The notes: a model not told the origin generated them from the sequence alone. A stretch of 64,000 nt of DNA from Epiperipatus broadwayi (GCA_028023455.1 JAQFVV010000007.1:2976001-3040000); one strand, 5' to 3'; positions 39,501-54,611 are shown, counted from the first letter of the stretch. Made by a program: numbers and translations.

Positions 39501-40639
39501 CTAAAATTAGTTCCACCCCCACTCCAATTTCCTCTTTAGGAAAAATCATGTTGATATAGAACTATGAATTTAAAAAGTAGTAGCATTTACACTATAATAA
39601 TACAGTGTTTATCTAATAATTATATTCCAACACATCAATTAACATAATCAATGATTAAAAAAAAAACAACCTCTTACATTAATAAAATAGATAAAAATAG
39701 CCTTTAAATATCATACTGCAGGGCAAAGGATTCTCCAAAATCTTCCAAGAGTTATAGTAAAAGCATTATTCAACAGATTTACTAACCTATAAGTAGCAAG
39801 ACTTTGACTTGTTTTGCATCCTTGTTTTATCCTCTATAACTAACCATAACAAGTTATCCATTTTCCAATATTGGATTAAACTGAATTGGACTAAATCTAA
39901 GTAGAGCTCAAACAATTTACAAGATTTGTCTCTTCTAAATTCAACTCTCATGTCATGGTTATGATGAATGTGCTAGGCATTTCATCACATACTCCTTCAC
40001 TTGTTATATAATTTCATATAATTACATCTACAGAAATTAATAAACTTACATTTTGAACTATAAATCAACAATTAGGATTCAAAAATAGTTTTTGTTTTAA
40101 ATAAATCATATATTTTCTCAACGAAATCATAGTAAATAACAAAAAAAAAAAAATCATAAAAAAGGAAGAAAAGATTAAACATTTATAAATGGCAATATAA
40201 TTTTAACAAAAACCTCATCAAAATATTCAGGAATTCTTAGTAATTTTCAAATTAAATTTATTAATCTATATATATATATGTTAGGAAAAAACTTAAAACT
40301 ACATTTTATAGAAGTAAACAAATGACATTTATTTGCATTGTATTTTTTATTTTAACAAAACTGTTTTCTTTATTAATACATTGTAGATATGAAATTTTTT
40401 TGTTAGCAGTTAAGTTTTTTTCTTTCATAAAGATTTAACATTAATAATTTTTCACACACACACATACATACAAGGTAAGATAGTTTATAAATTAAAAATT
40501 ATATTGCTAAAATGTTTTCATATAACATTGTTATGGTTTTGCTTAAGTAATTGGGGGGGGGGGGTTACTTAATTGAAAGCAATTGAATTATTGATGCTTT
40601 GGAAAATAAATAATTTCATTCATAACCAATCCATTACAG

Positions 40640-41970
40640 ATTAAAGATCCCAAGTTTAATTTAGTTTCTTGATCCCTAATCTTATTTTTCCACATTGCAC
40701 CAACAAACATCCTTACTTCATCCATCAATCTCACACATGGTCTCTTTTTAGGCTTTTCACAATTTTTTGGGATCCAGTTTAAGGTTACAACAGTCTATTA
40801 TAATCTCTTCTAGAAATATGTCCAGCACAATTCTATTTGTCTTCTAATTCTTTCAATGTTAATAATGCCTGTTTATTTTCATTCAAGTATTTTCATTGCA
40901 ATCCTTCTTGTTAGTCTCTATACATGTTTCTTGCACTTTATTGAATAGTCTAAAATCTTTGTAGTGCTCTTATGTGTCCAAATCTCAAATCAATAAATAA
41001 GAATTGGAAAAGTACACATCTTTCTTTTCAAACATAAGGCATATTTCCTTTTAATATTCAGTTATTTCTACCAAAAGCATTTTATCCAAGTTTAATTCTG
41101 ATTAATTTCATCAATTGTTTCCATATTCACTAATAATCTGATGAAAACATTTGTAGTTGTTATCTTCTTTTAATTCATGATTTGTTAATCTTTATTATCT
41201 TCTTCAAGAAAATTCAGACTTCTTCTTCAGTCTTACATTCTTACTTTCATATAACTCTTATAACATTTCCTGAAACATTATTTGCAAAAACAATCAAATC
41301 ATCTCCAAAATCTAGATGGTGTAAAAACTTTTGGAAATATGAAATCCTTCTCAATGCTAATCCTCACATCACCACCATGCAATCTAACCATTACTTGTTG
41401 CATTTTGATATTTTTTAAAATATATTTTGGGTCTATTTAGTGATCATTTTCCAAAGACTTAAACACTTATAGAATCCAATGCTCTTTCATTATAAATACA
41501 AGAATAATATATTCATTAGTCCTTTCTGTAACTTCTCTCTAATTCACTATACTAAAACCATTTTTAAATTCAGCTTGATCTTTTGATTTGTTTGAATCCA
41601 AAGTTCACTGTCAGTTGTAATCTTGGTATTGATTTTATATAGAACTAGTAGAAGACTGATAAGTTTGTAATATAATTTTTCTTAAATATCAGTAGTATTA
41701 TTATATAACTTTGTGATTAATTTTTTCTTTATTTACATACTTCTCTTAAAATAGCAATAGTAATTTCATCACAACTTAGCGATTTTTCCTTTTTCATAGA
41801 TTTAATTGCATGTGTCACTTCTTTATTTAAAATATTTGGCAATTCAGAAGATGTAGTGTTTATAGGGAAATCTTTGTTTTGTTATTCATTATTATAATGG
41901 AGCATAGTAGCCTCTATATTTTATTCCAAGCTCTCCTTGTGATATTGTACATCATGTAAAATACCCTACA
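40640..41970 (-). mobile_element. Old RTE LINE RT/3' region remnant
   Basis: Colinear by eye with the 60.2-61.8 kb RTE copy (e.g. tggcaattcagaagatgta, gcatttctcaattc-like segments, tccatcaatctcacacatggtctc). Confidence 0.8.
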
Positions 41971-42399
41971 TTTTGTTGATAAACTTTGATTACAATAATA
42001 TAATATTTGTTTATTGAACTATAAGTATACAGTACTTTTCAAGATGCACATTCTAACACAGGTACTTTTTTTATATTTAGTATACACACATACCTTTTAG
42101 ATTACATTCTAAGCAAAAATTAAAAAACAATACTACTATTATTATTATTAATAGATCAAGGGGCACATTTACTTATATTTTACCATGTGTGTTCACTCAT
42201 TCACGGTGACTCAAAAACATAATAAAAACTTACTGTACCATAAATTAATTTTTGTAAATAAAATGAATAGGAAAATGTTCGATTTTCATTGCAATTAAAT
42301 ATGCTCTGGTTGATATCCTTTTTTTTCAATAACATTTTTTTGTGTGGAAACATAATAGCAGTCTTCTCCTGAAGGTTTGTGATGATGGTGTTTTCGTTG

Positions 42400-42700
42400 T
42401 ATTTTTATACTGGACTATTTTCATCATCTAATATGAGTATTGAATATCTTTAGAAAAATTTAACTTTATTTAAATATTCCAAATACATTCAACTGTTAGT
42501 AATAACAAATCAAACAGTTGATATTTGCACAATGTTTTGAGAGGTATTATTTTCCCCTCTTCTTCAGGTGTTGCTGGCTTGACCAGTGACACTACTAGCA
42601 TGGGATTCAAAAATGGACTCTTAGATTCTTGAGCATTGAATTTTAAGATAAAACTTTAACCAAAGGTCTGTCATCAGCAGATTACACATTATCTAGTTGT
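42400..42700 (-). mobile_element. Second copy of the tRNA-head + HHR element of 27.4-28.1 kb
   Basis: Shares ttcttcaggtgttgctggc..ca..agtgac and tggactattt with 27445-27610. Minus strand reads CAACAC-CTGAAGA-A-GAGGG...CTCTC-AAAAC. Confidence 0.7.
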
Positions 42701-44429
42701 CAACTTTATAAATGCTCTTAAGTATCACAAAACTTTTAGTATTATATTTAGAAAACATTTTATTATGCTAAATATTGTATATTGAATTCAGAAAGGATAA
42801 AAAAATTATTTTAGAACTTTCAACATAAACCATAGTAATTTTATTAATTAACATTGCTGTATTGTAAAAATTTATTAAATTTATACATTTTAACACTTTT
42901 GTAAAATGTGATCATGTATAGCAGTAATTCCAATCAGGGTTCCCCAGTACCCTAGGATATTGCAAACATTTCCTAAGGATATCATGAGATGTAGAAATAA
43001 ATAAATAAAGTTTTATCAAATTTTTAGATGAATACAAGCACATATGATCCAACAAACCATAACACCATTAAAATTAAATGCTTTATGTTTAATATTTACA
43101 CTATTGTCTTAATTTAATTAGTTTAATTTACATTCATTTTCAGAATTTTAATGAATAAACAGAAAGTTAAGAGCAATAAACTATTATGTCTCTCATGTAA
43201 TATTAATTAGAAAGTAATTCTTTTTTTAAAAAAGAGGATGTTTTCCTCAAGGGTGCTAATAGTTATGAAGAGTGAGGTTAAGAATACCATGATGTCAAAG
43301 AGATTGAAAAATACTGGGCTTGTGTTAAGATATAAAACTGCTGCTTGCATATTGTAAAATATATTAAATTTACATATTTTAACATATTTTGTTTACTTAT
43401 TTACATTTTTTTTTTTTTGAAAAGTCGAAATAGTGGATATTAAGACAGCATATATTATGGCTTCATGTATTATAAAATTCTTCCACACTATTCATGATGT
43501 CATCTCTCTTTTTAATAACACAATGCAGCTGCAATGGAACTCATACTTTGTTGCTAAGCTTTCATTATAATGGAATGAATAGTGTTCATTGAATTACAAA
43601 TGTAACATAGATACCTTTTTATTTATACAATATGCATATATATCATATCAACAAAATTAAAAAATAATGTAATTATTCATAATAAATTGAGGGATTACAT
43701 TTATACACATATTTATTGAATATGCATTAACTCATTTATAATCTCTCAAAAAATAAAAATAATAAAAAGCTTACAGTACTGAATCTTTATTTTTTTTAAA
43801 TAAAAAAAAATAGCAAAGTCTCATACATTGCAATTAAATATGCACTGGACAATGATCTTAGTGGAATATAGCCATCTTGTTCTCAGCCAAAAATAGCATT
43901 TTTAATTGTTTTAAAGTTTTTTTATGTCTGCATGACTTCAAAATTTATGCAGTTATCATTACTTGATATTATCCATTTCAGACTCTTTGATAAATTCATA
44001 TTTTAAGTTTTCAAACACAATACAATAATATTTTAGTCATTAAATTTCATAAAACTTTCAGCTTTACGCTATGAAAATATTTTATTGCACTAATCCTATA
44101 TCACATCAAAACGGAAGAATAAATATATATGTGTTTTCAACTTAACCTGAAAACATTATTAATAAATATGATTGAGTGTAGTGGTTTGAAATGAAAAACA
44201 TTATTAATAAAGATAATCACGTATAATACTTTGAAATGAAAAAATGTTATCTATAAATATAATTGTATAGTATTCTGACTCAGAAAAATATCATTAATGA
44301 AAGTGATTGCGTAAGATGTTTGGAGAAGAAAATATGGCTGTTGTTGTATTATAAATTCTATTAAATTTGCAAATTTTAATGTTTTTATTTTATGTGTATT
44401 TACATTGTTTATTGGATAAAATATAAATG

Positions 44430-45250
44430 AAGTAGTATCATGGCTTTACTGTAGCTTCATCTTTTCTTCTTATTGTTGAAATAAGTTTTCACTGAATACT
44501 TATTTTTGGAACACTTAACTGTTTAGTTTTCCTTGCTAATTCAGTTTTTTTTTTTTTACTGCATCACTTTGAAATATTTTCGTATTTCTTCTTTTCTTCA
44601 TTCATTCTTGAATTACGTGAAAATTTACTAATAAATTTCTGCCTTTTTGTATTAATTATCTTTACTAAATAATCAATTTAAATAATATTGAAATAAACAA
44701 AATTGATCATTATAGTTATTTATCCTTATTCAATTCTTAATAGATTATCAGTTATCTTCTCATAGAATTCAGTTAAGTTTGAAACATACTCTGAAGATTA
44801 GAAATATCACCTGTTACTACAGTCTTTTTTGTTAGTTTTCATCTCATTAATTTTATATTAACATAATCTTACATCTCACCAACTGATGATCACTTTCGGC
44901 ACTGAATCTATTTAAAACATTACAATCCTGAAATATGTACTTGTGCTAATCAAAATATATCCATTTCAATTATAACTTCATTTGAATGTTTCCATGCTCA
45001 TTTCTACTCAGCATTTTTCTTAAAGAAAGAATTCAAAATATACAATTTTTCTTTTTCTGAAAATTCCATAAATCTATGTCCTTTCTTATTTGTGACCATA
45101 AACAATCTATCAGTCATTTTAAAATTCTAGCATTAGTCTCTCATAACACTTTCAAAATGTTGCTTAGTGTAAACAAAAGCATTTTGTATGTCTACATATA
45201 ACTACTATTTTTAAAAAGTATACTTTTTAAAATAAATATTCAGTGATCTT
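44430..45250 (-). mobile_element. Old RTE LINE endonuclease/linker remnant
   Basis: Minus frames give GHRFMEFSEKEKLYILNSFFKK..K*AW, ESDHQLVRCK (APE SDH) and KLISTIRRKDE (compare [11 protein letters not shown] in the 61.9 kb copy). Confidence 0.65.
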
Positions 45251-45679
45251 TGAAAAAATAACACCTAATTATAAACTATGTTTATATATAAAAAAAATCA
45301 AATATTTTGATTTGTAAATACACTTTTGAAAAAAAGAGATTAAGATAGAATAAAAATAATAATTGCAAATTAGCTCTCAGTACTAAATAATGCATGCAGA
45401 ATAGATAATAAAACTGATTCATTGGGTTAATTTTATTTTTGATGATCAATTTTGTTAATAAATACATAAAAATCTAATTTTTCAGTAATTTACAAATATT
45501 TATAAAATAACTGTTTGCAAGTTATAATACTTAATACCGAACAAGTATTCAAACATTCTAATAAATAAAAATGGAAAAATATATAAAAGTTATTTATAAA
45601 ACAAAACAAAATCAACTTCCAATTTAGTCAATCTTTTATATTTATTAAATACATGTGTAATGGAATGGCAAGAATTCAT

Positions 45680-45775
45680 AAGAAGTTTGAACCTGGAAAT
45701 CACAGAGTTGTAGTCCATGGACTTTGAATTCCAGAATCCAGCACTCTATCAAAGCACTGAACCATATTCTATTGA
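45680..45775 (-). mobile_element. tRNA-derived SINE-like head
   Basis: Minus strand tggttcagtgctttgatagagtgctggattc...ccaggttcaaac has A-box-like and B-box-like motifs at SINE-like spacing. Confidence 0.4.
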
Positions 45776-47769
45776 AATTTTAGAAACAAACATTAAAAAC
45801 ATGCAAACATTCTAGTAATAAAAGTGCAATATTGTTTTTTATAAAATGGCAGATAGATGAAAATATATTTTTAATTTGAAATTTTATCCAAGATAACACA
45901 GTTGTAAATTCCAATTTGCAGTAATAATGTCCAAACATTAGGATTGGAAGGAAAAACTGAATTGGAATTTATATATATTAAATTGATTTATGTGACAAGT
46001 TGTAAGTATGCATAAATGGTTGTGTTGTTTCTACACATAAATGCCAATAATTATTGAATGAAACAATTAATGAATTAAAAAAAAAAAAATCTCTGCAATG
46101 TACCTAGTGTCTGGGAATTCAAAAATAGAAAAAAAATGGATTCCACCATATACTGTATTCGCTTTAACATTTTGTCATTCATTAAAATTTATCATTATTT
46201 TCTTTTTTCAAAAAGCCATTGAACATTATTTTAATCTTTTCAATATATATCTTCATCAGACTGTTATTATATCATTTCCTGCATTATTTGAAAAAGGTAT
46301 AGTTCTCCAAATCCAAATGACTTAATCATTCGTTATTAAAGCAACATCTCCAATAATGGCTGTAATAAACAATTGATATAATTTTCATGATATATAAATA
46401 TAAAATCTTATTAAGAATGTAAAAAAGTACCAAAAAAAGAGGGGAAGGGTACAAAAAATAAGTCAGGTAAAATTGAAAAGTTTTACTTTTGAAATTTTAT
46501 GACGTAAATGTACAAGTATTCTTTTTTTTTTTTTTTAGAGATTATAATTTAATTCAATTTCTAAAATTTCTTTTATTGTATTATTTAGGTTTTGTAAGAT
46601 GACATTAATTTCAAACAATGACATAAAAGATATTCTGACTACCCATAAAATTTATAGCATAGTATGTGCCAGTAGTTTAATATTGACACCCAGCTGTATT
46701 TAACTACCCCCAACATCATTCCATATTGCTACTATCCAATATAATTATTAGTAATAAGATATTAAAAATTAAAACAAAAATTAGAAAAAAGCAAGACAAA
46801 ACAAAAATAAGAAAAAAGATACAGATCTTGTAAAACATTTTTAAAAATAAAACTCACTAAAGTAATTTTTAAAACAGGAATTATGATTTAGTTTAATACT
46901 AAGTTTTTAATGTTTTTTTATACTATTTTATATAAACATTACATCATCTCATATCAATGTGATTAAAAACTACATATAAGCTACTATCCATAATAATTAA
47001 TATGAAAGCAGAAAATCTAATATTGATGCAAATGAGCTTTAAATGTAGTAGTTATATGCTTCTTAATAAATTATATTTTTATATAAATTTAGTATAAGAG
47101 AATATTTTTTGGACGAAGGGAAGGGATTACAATATATAAACAATTCTATTATATGTACTTAAATTAAAAAAGTTTCTGCTTACATTCACATATGACTTTA
47201 TTAAAAAGTTCATGAAAAGTCAATTTAACATACTTTCATGCTTGTTATTAGTTGATTTATGAATTTAAGAAGAAGAAAAAAAGAATTATCAATAATACTT
47301 CAAATCATAGAAATTTAAAATCAAATGCCAATTTCACTTATTAAAAATGAATTATTACATAAATCAAGAAATTAATTCATCATATCAGTGAAAATCCCCT
47401 TGCCATCTCTAAAGTAAACTTTAAAACTTTTCTATTACAATAAACTAAATTTTAAATTCTGATGACATTTTCTCTTATACCCACACACACCCACAAACTT
47501 CTCATAGATTCAAGCTATATATATATATATATATATTTATAACAACGATTATAACATTGTAAGTCAAATTTCTATTGTCATTTTTGACAGCAATAACAAA
47601 AGAACAAAACAATGATTTTTTAACAGTAAATTTTAGAATTATCATAAAAGATAAAAATATAAAATTTAGTTGAGTTGTAATAGGATAAGGAATGAACTCT
47701 TAATGAAACACACAGATTATATAATTTTATGCTAATTTTTAAATTTGCTATATATTCAATATAAAGATA

Positions 47770-48560
47770 GATTTTGTTTATTTATATTCACAACTCAACC
47801 AGACTAGTCAAAAAATATAAACTGTAAAACACAACCAATGGTTTCACTGCCACAAACAGACTTCTCAAGTAAAAAGAATTACAAAATACAACATATTTAA
47901 ATTAAATGTTACCCACAATTTCACTTACATCCCATAAACCCTTAATATTAAATTTAAATAAGTTAATTGCTTCAGAATTATACATTTTTTATAATAAATA
48001 TTATTTAATTCTTTTTTTTATTTCATTTCTCTCAAAGAAAACAACCTTAGCCTCATCAAAATGAAGCATGGATTGCATCTTTTTCATGAATATATAAAGC
48101 AGAACTAAGATATTTGTTTCTAACTTTTATGTACATTTATTCTTTCATTTAACCTCAAACTACTCTGACCTATAAATATCTTACTTCTGCTTTATATATC
48201 CATGAAAAAAAGTACAGACCACACTATTAATTTTAATGAGGCTAAGATTGTCTTCTTTGAGAGAAATGCAATAAAAAAAAGAATTAAAGAATCTTTATTA
48301 TTAAAAATTTATGATTCTGAAGCAATTAACTTATTTAAAAGTTCTTTTAATATTAAGGGTATATGGGATGTAAGTGAAATTGTGGGTAATGTGTACTTTA
48401 AATATGTTATTTTGTAGTTCTTTACACTTGAGAAGTCTGCTTGTAGCAGTGAAATAATTAGTAGTGTTTTTAGAGATTGTATTTTTTGGCTAGTCTGGTT
48501 GAGTTGTAAATTTGGAGTAATTTTGATTATTTTATTGACTAGTTTAGCTTTAGGATTTTA
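47770..48560 (+). mobile_element. Penelope-like 3' end with inverted copy; HHR-like motif in both arms
   Basis: ORF 48202..48417 HTINFNEAKIVFFERNAIKKRIKESLL is the PLE GIY-YIG C-terminus. About 47790-48070 is the reverse complement of about 48230-48510. Confidence 0.85.
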
Positions 48561-49299
48561 AAGTTTAAAATCTATTTAAATATATACTTGAAAAACTGAT
48601 AATGATCATCAAAATAAAATCTTATAATAAATTCGAGACATTTTTTGTTTGTTGCTTTAAGAATAACTTTGTTGACATGTAGATAGGAAAGGAGATTAAA
48701 AATAAATAAATAAATGAATAAAAGTTATAAAAACTCCACTACCTTCATTCATTTTTATCCACAATTAAAAATAATTTGTAATTGATGAAATAAATCTTTG
48801 TCTGAAATTTTATATAGTTTATTTTATTCATAGTTATATATTGGATTTTCAACATCAAGTTTAACTGTTAATGTTTTTAAAATAAATTCAAACTGTTAAA
48901 TAATAACACAGGTTTTAATACAGAAATAAACTTGTGTGCTATTACTAACAGATGGCTGTATTTGTTAAAAGTTTTATAGCATGATTTCATAATTTGCTGT
49001 TTTTAATAAAGAAGTCTGGTTTCCATTTAGAAACAATTAATTTCACATACTAATATATGCTACTTGCAGACTGGGTTGCAGGAAAGCTATCTCTATAAAA
49101 TGCCAGGTATAATAATCTCTAATAAGTAATCTTCTCTTCATCTAAAAAAGCACAATAAAATGAATTTAAGTTAACATTGAAAATTATAGAGATCCTTTGC
49201 AAAGTAAATGTTTGACACAATAATATTATTCTATTTCAGGAGACTCATTATTTTTTAATAATGTGTATTTTCTTAATATTTATAAATTTTCATAGATTC

Positions 49300-51750
49300 T
49301 TGATAGCATGTATTCTAAACATAGTATGACTATCTTTGCTCCAATTTATTTTGTAAAGCAAAAAACTTCTATTGAAGTTAAATCAATACTGCAAATCAAC
49401 ATTTAAATAGACAATTTTTATGTTTGCAGTACTTACAAATTTCCCAATTCAAATTGGTTTTACCATCTTCTTTTAGATCTTCTTTCACCTTCTGCATAGA
49501 TAGAAGATCTCAATTCTCATAATAGTCTTCAATGGTATGTAAATGAATATTAAGTAGGTTCTCAATTTTTGGAAAGGGTGAATTTAAACAACATCATTTT
49601 ACTTCCCAAGCTAAGCTAGGAGAAACATTCTATTCAGGCAAATGGGGAATTTAGACAATCCCTCCTGATTTAAATTATATTTCACTGAAACATGGACCAC
49701 CATTACTTCTTGATCTACTGATATTAGTTCATTTACTCTATAATCAATATAAAACAATTCTAATCACTTCTTATAAAGTTATTCGGTTTTGAAATGGAAT
49801 TTAAGGAAAACACTGGAATTTATATACAGAATATCTTAAATGGAATATTAATTGAATCTGTCCAATTCCCTCTTGCTAAGATAAGTTTAGAAAACTCATA
49901 ACAACAATTGCTAAAGCATTCATCCCTCAAGAATATCAAAAGCAGCTTATATCAAGTTGGAACAAAATTAGCAGTAGTCTTTACAGTTAATATTTGTCTA
50001 CCAAAGATCAAGAAATTGCTGATAAATTATGAAATCATTGAATGGTGCTAGAAGAGAAAAGTGGAGAGACTGTACACAACTTTATAAGAACTGGTAAAAG
50101 ACTTGATAACTTTTGCATAAGTTTAATGGTTATAAAAGCATTTCTATTATAATTAATACTATCATTACTAATAAGAATATCAGACTTCTTAGTTCAACAT
50201 TGCTAGAACATGAAAAAGTGTCATTAGAGTGGAACTTTCACTTTCATAATGTTCTTCTAATATCAATTTAACAAAAACAATATATACAGCTCAGAACTGA
50301 GGTTGCTCTTGATTGTTTAAAGACAGAAAAGGCTCAATTAACAGATAGCATATTTCCAGTTTATACAAAATGTATTATCTAACTAAAGCATATATAACAA
50401 AACTGTTCAGTTACATTATTCATATAAAAAATATTAAAATAAAACTACAGCAATCTTAAAACTAAATAAAACCAACAATGATAAAAAATATATATATTTA
50501 ATTCATTATTATACGGTTCTTTTCAAGCATTTAAAAAAAATCAAATTAAGAAGAATTTGGTTAATAGTTGAGACTTGAGTCATATATCCATAGAGCGGGC
50601 AGAATTTAAACCAAAAAGAAGCTGCTGTGAACAAAAAATTAAATCACTCATACCTAAACTGATGCTATATTGATTGATCTCATTTTTAAAAAATTACCTT
50701 TTTAAAAAAGTTTCTAAAATCCTTAAATGCAAAAAAAAAAAAAAAAACCTACTAATTTACTTGACATAATGCTCTCAAATAGAAAAATTCAAGTGACACT
50801 AAATGATAATTGTAGTAGATACTAAATTTTACAGAATAGCCTACCACAAGATTTAGTTCTTTCATCTATTTGATTATACTCATCGTTGATCTTCCAGAAA
50901 CAGAATGGAAAAATTCACATAAACTGCTTTGACTTCTCAAGAAGACTTTTCCTGAAATTAAAAAATCTTTTAAAATAAGGATATGAAATATTTGCAAATC
51001 TTTTTCAAAGAATGTGTCTTATTTCTAATGTAATGAAGACAATATGATCAACTTTTCATCCAAACAACAGGAAAATCTTGTACTCTGAATGTAATTCTTT
51101 GTAACAATAGATTGAGATACAACCCTATTCTATACTACTTAGCTTAACTTATTTCCTTCATTTAATTTCTAAGAATAACTCTTCTAAGAAAGCTGACTGG
51201 CATGACTTGAATTTTATGATGCAAATATTTTGTGGGTAGCTTTCTTAGTATTAGTATGGTCTAATGATGAATACTCTCTTGCTATTTTCAGAAAAAGTGC
51301 CCATACTAAAATTCTGTACACTCAATTAATTATTACTGGAAAAATATTACTGATAGTGGCTTCCTGTTCTTTTACATGTTCCTTCATCACATATCAAAAG
51401 AAAATGTACAAAAAGCTATTAAATAGATAAAAATTTGCCAATAAATCAAGATATATTTTCATTCCCTAAGACTCACTCATATCAAGATCTCGTTTTCTGG
51501 ATGTTCAACACACACCCACAACTTAAGAATTTTGTCACAAAAATAGACTCATTATAAAACAAACTTTATATTCCTGATACAACAATAAAGCCATTTGGAT
51601 TTGATCTTCCTAGATGATAGTCAAGTCTTATCAACAGATTTAGGATAATCTTTGGTCATTGCATTCATCTGCTTCATAAATAAAATTTAGCAGCCACAGA
51701 TATATAGATGTAAAAAATGACAAATCACATAGTTATTGACTAAATAAATT
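49300..51750 (+). mobile_element. Degenerate APE-RT LINE (Jockey/I-like)
   Basis: IEDLNSHNSLQW at about 49500 (APE GDFNAH..W) and PQDLVLSSI at about 50845 (RT PQGSVLSP). Many stops. Confidence 0.55.
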
Positions 51751-51825
51751 AATAATAATAATAATAAATTAAAAATAATAAATAAATTAATAATAATAAT
51801 AATAATAAATTAATAATGTTATTAG
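51740..51825. repeat. Compound (TAA)n microsatellite
   Basis: Repeated taataataa / taaattaa blocks. Confidence 0.85.
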
Positions 51826-53918
51826 TAAATCTAATTCTTAAATTCTCTACAGATACTTTTATATTTTGCTAATAGTTAAAGCTGTCCTGGAAAAAAAAAT
51901 CCACACATTAAACAAACTTGTAAAAGTATAAATAATTGAATTTTTCTAAATCATTAAAATATAAATACAAATAAAAATTAAATGTATTAAAAATGTGATA
52001 ATTTCCTATCCAATAAACAATTAACAATAGTGAAAAATTGACGGATATAGAAATATTTTTCTATTGTAGTGAGATGTCTCATCCATCAACTGAAAATCAT
52101 ATTCACTTACACATGGTTAGAAAAAACTTAAATAAAAAAACTTGGAAAGTAGTAAAAATAATAAAAATTTAATTTTCTATTCCTTGAAAGAACAACCCAT
52201 CATATTATGGTACAAATCTAATGCAGATACTCTAAATTTAGGAAAATATGTGATTGAAATTACAAGTACTTCATTTAATATTACTAATATATTGTATTTT
52301 TTTTTGCATTTTAGCATCATTAATTTTCATCTCAAAAGATGGAAGTAAAAGGATAATAATTATGTTGTCCTATATACATACCATGCATATTTTTTATAAA
52401 ATCTTAATGTTAACTATATTTCGTACCCATCATTTTTATTTCATTTGAATGAGTAAGATAAACATGTTGTATTTAAAATATTTTAAAAAAACTCTTTTTA
52501 CAAAATAAAAATAGATTTTTAAGGAATGACTTAAATAGGTCTGTGCAATATCTTATTCAGAATGTATTATGCCTTATGTATTTTTTGAAAATACTGATAT
52601 TAAATATATTTTCTATTCTTGTATTTTGTTTTAAAGTTTAATCCAGTTTTTATTATATATAAATATTTGTTTAAAACATTAAAAAAACAACAACTTTAAT
52701 ATAAAATAATAATTCATAAATAACAAAACCAGATAGGCGGCATAAATATTTGTTTATTATGTAATATTCTATATGTTTTATTAATTGTTTTTGTCAATGC
52801 CTTGACGAATATAAACAATTTAAAAATTAAAATGCACTGTAGTTGTATGCATATACATATAGTAAATATGTGTCACAATATAAGTACTGTTTAAATGGGT
52901 TTAAAATATCTATTATATAGTATTTGGTACTACTCAAAAATTTTATTAATGATGTTTTTGCCATGAATATTGAAGTACCATTTCATTATCAAAAAACATC
53001 ATTCACAAAAATAAAGAACCCTTACTAAAGTTAAAACTGCTTTTATTTTAATACTCACTACAGAGCAAATAATATCATAAAAGATCAATATAAGATAAAC
53101 TTTAATAAATTAGTCTGAGTAAAGCACAGTATCATCACATTCATTTTTTCCATTGCTATCAAAGTGGTTAACTATATATAAAAATGCATAATTTGGTACA
53201 GTGTTATGATGGCTGACTGTGGAACTCAAAGTTCATGGGTCACAACTGTGCTTTGTCACTTCTAGTGATACTCCCAAGCAATGAACTAACTATTCAATTA
53301 TTTATTCAGATACACTACTATAAATCTATTAACTGATATTTCAATAAAAATATGTAAAAAATTATTAGGGAGTGATTAAATCATGGATTGCAAATTATTT
53401 AAATAATGTTTTTTAAATCTTGAATATACATACATTATTGATATAGAGTACTTCTTCCAGTGCTTAATATATATGTAATACTTGAGATTAAGAATCATGA
53501 AATAAGTAATTGAAATATTCCTTTAGCCATTGTATAAGACAATAATTTTTATTATAAAAGAGTAATCTGTCTTTTATCAATATATCATTTTATTACATAG
53601 AAAGATATCTAAAACATTTAGTCTAGAAAGAACGAATATTTAAATCAATCATGAAATATATTTTAAATATATCAATCAATTTAAAATATCCTTAAAATAA
53701 ATTCTGTGATTTATTATTCTTTCTTTCTAGCCTAAATATTTCAGCCATCCCTCTATATAAGAAAATGAAGTAATGATAAAAAATGGACTGTTCTTATAGT
53801 AAAAATTGTTGTATAGTGTTATAACCAGAGAGCATTTCAATTACTTATTGTAATAGTTACATGTCTTAATCTCAAAGTATTATACATTAATAATAATAAT
53901 AAAACATATAAAAAATTA

Positions 53919-54611
53919 TCTTACCCTTTAAACCACACTCTAACTCTTCGACCATCCATCCAATTGAAAATCTGATGATGGAATGCTCAAAGGCCACCCC
54001 GAGGCTGAGATTCTTGTCACACCCATGTTGACCTAAGGTCAATCTGACCCCTCATGTACAGGACATAATCCATTTAATACATATACAAGGAATGGGCAGG
54101 TATATAATAAGTCTGTGTTTCAGTTATTACATAGTAGAGATGTCTGCCCATCCCTTGTATATGTATTAAATGGATTATGTCCTGTACATGAGGGGTCAGA
54201 TTGACCTTAGGTCAACATGGGTGTGACAAGAATCTCAGCCTCAGGGTGGCCTTTGAGCATTCCATCATCAGATTTTCAATTGGATAGACAGTTGAATAGT
54301 TGGAGTGTGGAGGAGAGTGAAGCCTGTCCATTAAAGTATAAAGATTGGCTATCTTAATATATATCTGAGCACTTATAGCATTATATGTGTAGAGATGGTA
54401 ATCTGGACCAACTGGTGATTGCTGGTTTAGCATGAAATACGAATATTGGTGATTATTTATCTTTTCGATATATATGTGTTAAAGGTATCAGTATTATGAG
54501 ATAGAGTGGAGAGTGGTGGGTCGTGTGAAAGTCTGTGCTCATATATCCTATATATTATATATATAGACACAGGTATATAATAAGTCTGTGTTTCAGTTCT
54601 TACCCTTTAAA
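53919..54611. mobile_element. Foldback element with 142-bp near-perfect arms, unpaired tail and 14-bp flanking direct repeat
   Basis: Arms 53958-54099 and 54144-54285 with two mismatches and a 44-nt loop. tcttaccctttaaa at 53919-53932 and 54598-54611. Confidence 0.88.

Noticed and set aside
42936-43317. hAT-type MITE (cagggttcccc ... gaaaaatactg)
   Set aside because: TIRs are poorly matched and there is no 8-bp TSD; too weak to list as a feature.
53971-54015. Complete HHR at CTGATGATGGAATGCTCAAAGG
   Set aside because: No pairing stem II, no GAAA, and G at the cleavage position.
54028-54042. TGACCT-A-AGGTCA as an ecdysone response element
   Set aside because: The half-sites are everted rather than the IR1 orientation and lie inside a repeat.
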